Shown here: positions 54,343-64,000 of the stretch, piece by piece
How the letters are laid out: every line of letters begins with the position of its first letter
Position numbering within the stretch: position 1 is the first letter of the stretch
Assembly (NCBI RefSeq): GCF_009914755.1
Contig: NC_060948.1
Origin: the human T2T-CHM13v2.0 reference genome, Homo sapiens
Length of the DNA: 64,000 nt
Strand: one strand, 5' to 3'
Position numbers and translations under genes: made by a program
Notes under the pieces: model-generated
Seen by the model: the letters and a program-made list of their open reading frames with translations, nothing else
Database searches by the model: none
What the model was told of the DNA's origin: nothing

Positions 54343-56469
54343 AGATCCATATTTTTTAAATGAAAAAAAATTTCAAAGGTACTCTGCTTGGTACAATAAT
54401 CAAATGTATAAACTGAGGAATAAAACATAACCATGAAACCTACTTATAACTGCATATGGAAAATACAGAGGATAATTTTTTAAATAACATATTTTGAAAG
54501 CCTTAACTAGTAATTTGAAGAGCTGGCATTTGAAAGGCCAGTATGAATATACCTTCAAAGCAGCAACACAGGTTCCCCATGAGAAAAAGCAAACACAGGG
54601 AAAATAAAAACACAAAGGTTCAATCTCTTCTGACCTTTGAAAGACACAGCACAGACAGTGGTCCTTAGGACGAAGAGCAGGAGACCCCTAATTCCGTCAC
54701 CATGGCGATAGGGCATAAACATTGCTGGGTGAGGGCACAATCCACATTGTGAGGTCCAACTGCTGCCAGGAAGACAGGAGTGCTTTTACATAGACCGAAA
54801 GGTCATTGAAGGCTCAGAGTTTTGTTTCAAGAACTGAATCCCAAGCCCACACGTTGTTAGGCTGCGCTTCTTAAAACAAGTTATGAGTTGGGAAAAAGGG
54901 CACCCACAAACATACGTATACATTATGTATATAATAATATACAGTATCATATATATAATATATATAACCTATGTATAATATTGTTTTACATCCTGCATCT
55001 TATGTTATATATATTGTATAAAATATAATAATTGATAATATATAAGTTTATATTTATACAATATGACATATAGTATATATTATAATTTATGACATATATA
55101 ATATATGTTATATGTCATATATAGAATATATTATACGGTTAATATACGTATTAAATATAAATTATACATTATATATATTATATATAATATATCTGTTATA
55201 TATAATACCCATTATGCATAATATATATATTATGTCTATGTTATATATAGTATAAAACAACATATAATAATATATAATTGTATATATAAAATGCGACATA
55301 TAATATATATTATATTTTATAACATATGTAATATATATTATATATTATATATAATACGTTGTATGTATAATACCTATATTAAATATATATTATATGACTA
55401 TGTTATTAATTACGTGTCACATGTGTTATATATTATATATTTTACATAGAATATACCGGTTACCTACAAAATATACTATGTTACCTATAATGTATAATTT
55501 ATTACATGTAAAATAAAGAATGCAATATATTATGTAAAATTTATAATATACCATATGTGGAATGTGATATATATAACATATAATATATGATATATGATGT
55601 ACAGTATATGATATATAACATACAATATATGATTCCTAATATATATGGTATACAATATATATTTTATGATATGTATTCTATATGTTTTATATTCTGTTAT
55701 ATATAACTATTTGAAATTATATATAACTGTATAATATTTTATGTAAATATGTAATATAATATATATAACTATATAATATATTATATATAACTATATATTA
55801 TGTTATATATACTTTTATAACATAATTTACATAAAATATCATAATATAATATATATTATATTATTTCATATTACATAATATATATTACATATCACCCAAT
55901 ATAACTAACATACATAATATTATAATATAGATTATATTATGTTATATTAAATATCATATATATCATGTATCATATATTCTATAATATATATTACACATTA
56001 TATAATATGTATGTTGTCTATTATGTGATATATATAACTATATATATAATTATATTTTTATACATATAACAAATTAAACATGTAATTCTACATATTTTCA
56101 TTTATAATATGTAGAATTATATAATCATATATAATTATTTATATTCTATAAAAAATTTTATCATTATATAAATTATAATATATAAAAATTATAATATGTA
56201 CTACAAATATATATATTATATATCATATATGATATAGTACCTTTGTTATATATCATAATACATATAAATGTGTATTATGTTATCTATAATTATATAATTT
56301 CATATATAAGATGTATAATATGTATCATATATTATATATGTTATGTAATATATATAGTATATATAAGATGACACAGGATAAATATTATATACTATGACAT
56401 ATAAAATATATGAGGTTATATGTTACATATAAGGCATAGCACATAACATGTAATATATATCATATATAA

Positions 56470-56761
56470 TTTTTTTTTAGACAGAATCTTGTCCTGTTGC
56501 ACAGGGTGGGGTACAAGGGCGCCATCTTTGCTCACTGCAACTTCTGCCTCACGGGTCCAAGCGATTGTCCTCCCTCAGCCTCCCAGGTAGCTGGGACTAC
56601 ACCACACTGGGACTACACCAGCTGCCACCATGCCTAGCTAATTATTTGGATTTTTAGTAGTGACAGCGTTTCACTGTATTGGCCAGGATGGTCTTGATCT
56701 CTTCACCTTGTGATCCCCTTGCCTTGGCCTCCAAATTTGCTGGGATTACAGGCCTGAGCCA
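56470..56761 (-). mobile_element. Alu in DYZ2 unit, copy 24
   Basis: Near-identical to 821-1112. Confidence 0.93.
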
Positions 56762-58888
56762 AGATCCATATTTTTTAAATGAAAAAAAATTTCAAAGGTA
56801 CTCTGCTTGGTACAATAATCAAATGTATAAACTGAGGAATAAAACATAACCATGAAACCTACTTATAACTGCATATGGAAAATACAGAGGATAATTTTTT
56901 AAATAACATATTTTGAAAGCCTTAACTAGTAATTTGAAGAGCTGGCATTTGAAAGGCCAGTATGAATATACCTTCAAAGCAGCAACACAGGTTCCCCATG
57001 AGAAAAAGCAAACACAGGGAAAATAAAAACACAAAGGTTCAATCTCTTCTGACCTTTGAAAGACACAGCACAGACAGTGGTCCTTAGGACGAAGAGCAGG
57101 AGACCCCTAATTCCGTCACCATGGCGATAGGGCATAAACATTGCTGGGTGAGGGCACAATCCACATTGTGAGGTCCAACTGCTGCCAGGAAGACAGGAGT
57201 GCTTTTACATAGACCGAAAGGTCATTGAAGGCTCAGAGTTTTGTTTCAAGAACTGAATCCCAAGCCCACACGTTGTTAGGCTGCGCTTCTTAAAACAAGT
57301 TATGAGTTGGGAAAAAGGGCACCCACAAACATACGTATACATTATGTATATAATAATATACAGTATCATATATATAATATATATAACCTATGTATAATAT
57401 TGTTTTACATCCTGCATCTTATGTTATATATATTGTATAAAATATAATAATTGATAATATATAAGTTTATATTTATACAATATGACATATAGTATATATT
57501 ATAATTTATGACATATATAATATATGTTATATGTCATATATAGAATATATTATACGGTTAATATACGTATTAAATATAAATTATATATTATATATATTAT
57601 ATATAATATATCTGTTATATATAATACCCATTATGCATAATATATATATTATGTCTATGTTATATATAGTATAAAACAACATATAATAATATATAATTGT
57701 ATATATAAAATGCGACATATAATATATATTATATTTTATAACATATGTAATATATATTATATATTATATATAATACGTTGTATGTATAATACCTATATTA
57801 AATATATATTATATGACTATGTTATTAATTACATGTCACATGTGTTATATATTATATATTTTACATAGAATATACCGGTTACCTACAATATATACTATGT
57901 TACCTATAATGTATAATTTATTACATGTAAAATAAAGAATGCAATATATTATGTAAAATTTATAATATACCATATGTGGAATGTGATATATATAACATAT
58001 AATATATGATATATGATGTACAGTATATGATATATAACATACAATATATGATTCCTAATATATATGGTATACAATATATATTTTATGATATGTATTCTAT
58101 ATGTTTTATATTCTGTTATATATAACTATTTGAAATTATATATAACTGTATAATATTTTATGTAAATATGTAATATAATATATATAACTATATAATATAT
58201 TATATATAACTATATATTATGTTATATATACTTTTATAACATAATTTACATAAAATATCATAATATAATATATATTATATTATTTCATATTACATAATAT
58301 ATATTACATATCACCCAATATAACTAACATAGATAATATTATAATATAGATTATATTGTGTTATATTAAATATCATATATATCATGTATCATATATTCTA
58401 TAATATATATTACACATTATATAATATGTATGTTTTCTATTATGTGATATATATAACTATATATATAATTATATTTTTATACATATAACTAGATAAACAT
58501 GTAATTCTACATATTTTCATTTATAATATGTAGAATTATATAATCATATATAATTATTTATATTCTATAAAAAATTTTATCATTATATAAATTATAATAT
58601 ATAAAAATTATAATATGTACTACAAATATATATATTATATATCATATATGATATAGTACCTTTGTTATATATCATAATACATATAAATGTGTATTATGTT
58701 ATCTATAATTATATAATTTCATATATAAGATGTATAATATGTATCATATATTATATAAGTTATGTAATATATATAGTATATATAAGATGACACAGGATAA
58801 ATATTATATACTATGACATATAAAATATATGAGGTTATATGTTACATATAAGGCATAGCACATAACATGTAATATATATCATATATAA

Positions 58889-59180
58889 TTTTTTTTTAGA
58901 CAGAATCTTGTCCTGTTGCACAGGGCGGGGTACAATGGTGCCATCTTTGCTCACTGCAACTTCTGCCTCACGGGTCCAAGCGATTGTCCTCCCTCAGCCT
59001 CCCAGGTAGCTGGGACTACACCACACTGGGACTACACCAGCTGCCACCATGCCTAGCTAATTTTTTGGATTTTTAGTAGTGACAGCGTTTCACTGTATTG
59101 GCCAGGATGGTCTTGATCTCTTCACCTTGTGATCCCCTTGCCTTGGCCTCCAAATTTGCTGGGATTACAGGCCTGAGCCA
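58889..59180 (-). mobile_element. Alu in DYZ2 unit, copy 25
   Basis: Near-identical to 821-1112. Confidence 0.93.
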
Positions 59181-61307
59181 AGATCCATATTTTTTAAATG
59201 AAAAAAAATTTCAAAGGTACTCTGCTTGGTACAATAATCAAATGTATAAACTGAGGAATAAAACATAACCATGAAACCTACTTATAACTGCATATGGAAA
59301 ATACAGAGGATAATTTTTTAAATAACATATTTTGAAAGCCTTAACTAGTAATTTGAAGAGCTGGCATTTGAAAGGCCAGTATGAATATACCTTCAAAGCA
59401 GCAACACAGGTTCCCCATGAGAAAAAGCAAACACAGGGAAAATAAAAACACAAAGGTTCAATCTCTTCTGACCTTTGAAAGACACAGCACAGACAGTGGT
59501 CCTTAGGACGAAGAGCAGGAGACCCCTAATTCCGTCACCATGGCGATAGGGCATAAACATTGCTGGGTGAGGGCACAATCCACATTGTGAGGTCCAACTG
59601 CTGCCAGGAAGACAGGAGTGCTTTTACATAGACCGAAAGGTCATTGAAGGCTCAGAGTTTTGTTTCAAGAACTGAATCCCAAGCCCACACGTTGTTAGGC
59701 TGCGCTTCTTAAAACAAGTTATGAGTTGGGAAAAAGGGCACCCACAAACATACGTATACATTATGTATATAATAATATACAGTATCATATATATAATATA
59801 TATAACCTATGTATAATATTGTTTTACATCCTGCATCTTATGTTATATATATTGTATAAAATATAATAATTGATAATATATAAGTTTATATTTATACAAT
59901 ATGACATATAGTATATATTATAATTTATGACATATATAATATATGTTATATGTCATATATAGAATATATTATACGGTTAATATACGTATTAAATATAAAT
60001 TATACATTATATATATTATATATAATATATCTGTTATATATAATACCCATTATGCATAATATATATATTATGTCTATGTTATATATAGTATAAAACAACA
60101 TATAATAATATATAATTGTATATATAAAATGCGACATATAATATATATTATATTTTATAACATATGTAATATATATTATATATTATATATAATACGTTGT
60201 ATGTATAATACCTATATTAAATATATATTATATGACTATGTTATTAATTACATGTCACATGTGTTATATATTATATATTTTACATAGAATATACCGGTTA
60301 CCTACAATATATACTATGTTACCTATAATGTATAATTTATTACATGTAAAATAAAGAATGCAATATATTATGTAAAATTTATAATATACCATATGTGGAA
60401 TGTGATATATATAACATATAATATATGATATATGATGTACAGTATATGATATATAACATACAATATATGATTCCTAATATATATGGTATACAATATATAT
60501 TTTATGATATGTATTCTACATGTTTTATATTCTGTTATATATAACTATTTGAAATTATATATAACTGTATAATATTTTATGTAAATATGTAATATAATAT
60601 ATATAACTATATAATATATTATATATAACTATATATTATGTTATATATACTTTTATAACATAATTTACATAAAATATCATAATATAATATATATTATATT
60701 ATTTCATATTACATAATATATATTACATATCACCCAATATAACTAACATAGATAATATTATAATATAGATTATATTGTGTTATATTAAATATCATATATA
60801 TCATGTATCATATATTCTATAATATATATTACACATTATATAATATGTATGTTTTCTATTATGTGATATATATAACTATATATATAATTATATTTTTATA
60901 CATATAACTAGATAAACATGTAATTCTACATATTTTCATTTATAATATGTAGAATTATATAATCATATATAATTATTTATATTCTATAAAAAATTTTATT
61001 ATTATATAAATTATAATATATAAAAATTATAATATGTACTACAAATATATATATTATATATCATATATGATATAGTACCTTTGTTATATATCATAATACA
61101 TATAAATGTGTATTATGTTATCTATAATTATATAATTTCATATATAAGATGTATAATATGTATCATATATTATATAAGTTATGTAATATATATAGTATAT
61201 ATAAGATGACACAGGATAAATATTATATACTATGACATATAAAATATATGAGGTTATATGTTACATATAAGGCATAGCACATAACATGTAATATATATCA
61301 TATATAA

Positions 61308-61599
61308 TTTTTTTTTAGACAGAATCTTGTCCTGTTGCACAGGGTGGGGTACAATGGCGCCATCTTTGCTCACTGCAAATTCTGCCTCACGGGTCCAAGC
61401 GATTGTCCTCCCTCAGCCTCCCAGGTAGCTGGGACTACACCACACTGGGACTACACCAGCTGCCACCATGCCTAGCTAATTTTTTGGATTTTTAGTAGTG
61501 ACAGCGTTTCACTGTATTGGCCAGGATGGTCTTGATCTCTTCACCTTGTGATCCCCTTGCCTTGGCCTCCAAATTTGCTGGGATTACAGGCCTGAGCCA
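61308..61599 (-). mobile_element. Alu in DYZ2 unit, copy 26
   Basis: Near-identical to 821-1112. Confidence 0.93.
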
Positions 61600-63695
61600 A
61601 GATCCATATTTTTTAAATGAAAAAAAATTTCAAAGGTACTCTGCTTGGTACAATAATCAAATGTATAAACTGAGGAATAAAACATAACCATGAAACCTAC
61701 TTATAACTGCATATGGAAAATACAGAGGATAATTTTTTAAATAACATATTTTGAAAGCCTTAACTAGTAATTTGAAGAGTTGGCATTTGAAAGGCCAGTA
61801 TGAATATACCTTCAAAGCAGCAACACAGGTTCCCCATGAGAAAAAGCAAACACAGGGAAAATAAAAACACAAAGGTTCAATCTCTTCTGACCTTTGAAAG
61901 ACACAGCACAGACAGTGGTCCTTAGGACGAAGAGCAGGAGACCCCTAATTCCGTCACCATGGCGATAGGGCATAAACATTGCTGGGTGAGGGCACAATCC
62001 ACATTGTGAGGTCCAACTGCTGCCAGGAAGACAGGAGTGCTTTTACATAGACCGAAAGGTCATTGAAGGCTCAGAGTTTTGTTTCAAGAACTGAATCCCA
62101 AGCCCACACGTTGTTAGGCTGCGCTTCTTAAAACAAGTTATGAGATGGGAAAAAGGGCACCCACAAACATACGTATACATTATGTATATAATAATATACA
62201 GTATCATATATATAATATATATAACCTATGTATAATATTGTTTTACATCCTGCATCTTATGTTATATATATTGTATAAAATATAATAATTGATAATATAT
62301 AAGTTTTATAATTATACAATATGACATATAGTATATATTATAATTTATGACATATATAATATATGTTATATGTCATATATAGAATATATTATACGGTTAA
62401 TATACGTATTAAATATAAATTATACATTATATATATTATATATAATATATCTGTTATATATAATACCCATTATGCATAATATATATATTATGTCTATGTT
62501 ATATATAGTATAAAACAACATATAATAATATATAATTGTATATATAAAATGCAACATATAATATATATTATATTTTATTACATATGTAATATATATTATA
62601 TATAATACGTTGTATGTATAATACCTATATTAAATATATATTATATGACTATGTTATTAATTACATGTCACATGTGTTATATATTATATATTTTACATAG
62701 AATATACCGGTTACATACAATATATACTATGTTACCTATAATGTATAATTTATTACATGTAAAATAAAGAATGCAATATATTATGTATAATTTATAATAT
62801 ACCATATGTGGAATGTGATATATATAACATATAATATATGATATATGATGTACAGTATATGATATATAACATACAATATATGATTCCTAATATATATGGT
62901 ATACAATATATATTTTATGATATGTATTCTATATGTTTTATATTCTGTTATATATAACTATTTGAAATTATATATAACTGTATAATATTTTATGTAAATA
63001 TGTAATATAATATATATAACTATATAATATATTATATATAACTATATATTATGTTATATATACTTTTATAACATAATTTACATAAAATATCATAATATAA
63101 TATATATTATATTATTTCATATTACATAATATATATTACATATCACCCAATATAACTAACATACATAATATTATAATATAGATTATATTGTGTTATATTA
63201 AATATCATATATATCATGTATCATATATTCTATAATATATATTACACATTATATAATATGTATGTTGTCTATTATGTGATATATATAACTATATATATAA
63301 TTATATTTTTATACATATAACTAGATAAACATGTAATTCTACATATTTTCATTTATAATATGTAGAATTATATAATCATATATAATTATTTATATTCTAT
63401 AAAAAATTTTATCATTATATAAATTATAATATAAAAAATATAATATGTACTACAAATATATATATTATATATCATATATGATATAGTACCTTTGTTATAT
63501 TTCATAATACATATAAATGTGTATTATGTTATCTATAATTATATAATTTCATATATAAGATGTATAATATGTATCATATATTATATATGTTATGTAATAT
63601 ATATAGTATATATAAGATGACACAGGATAAATATTATATACTATGACATATAAAATATATGAGGTTATATGTTACATATAAGGCATAGCACATAA

Positions 63696-64000
<305 letters not shown>

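Overview
All 64 kb is one uninterrupted head-to-tail tandem array of a ~2,420-bp unit (about 26.5 copies, same orientation, roughly 99% identical by eye). Each unit has three parts: a ~1.55-kb interrupted AT-rich low-complexity tract, a ~290-bp diverged minus-strand Alu (AluY/Sc-like, missing ~12 nt at its 5' end), and a ~570-bp mixed-sequence segment (HSATI-like). This architecture, the unit length and a predicted ~2.15-kb HaeIII fragment identify it as the human DYZ2/HSat1B composite satellite, most likely from Yq12 heterochromatin (smaller HSat1B arrays on acrocentric chromosomes cannot be excluded from sequence alone). I see no credible protein-coding gene, RNA gene, CRISPR array or prokaryotic system; the recurring ORFs are by-products of the repeat. 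The satellite family is known, so I do not claim a new system. The real information is in the variant pattern between units: an ~8.5-kb block duplicated at a 12,098-bp (5-unit) offset, a six-copy variant subfamily, staggered neighbour duplications and mosaic conversion-like patches. All comparisons were done by eye without alignment tools.
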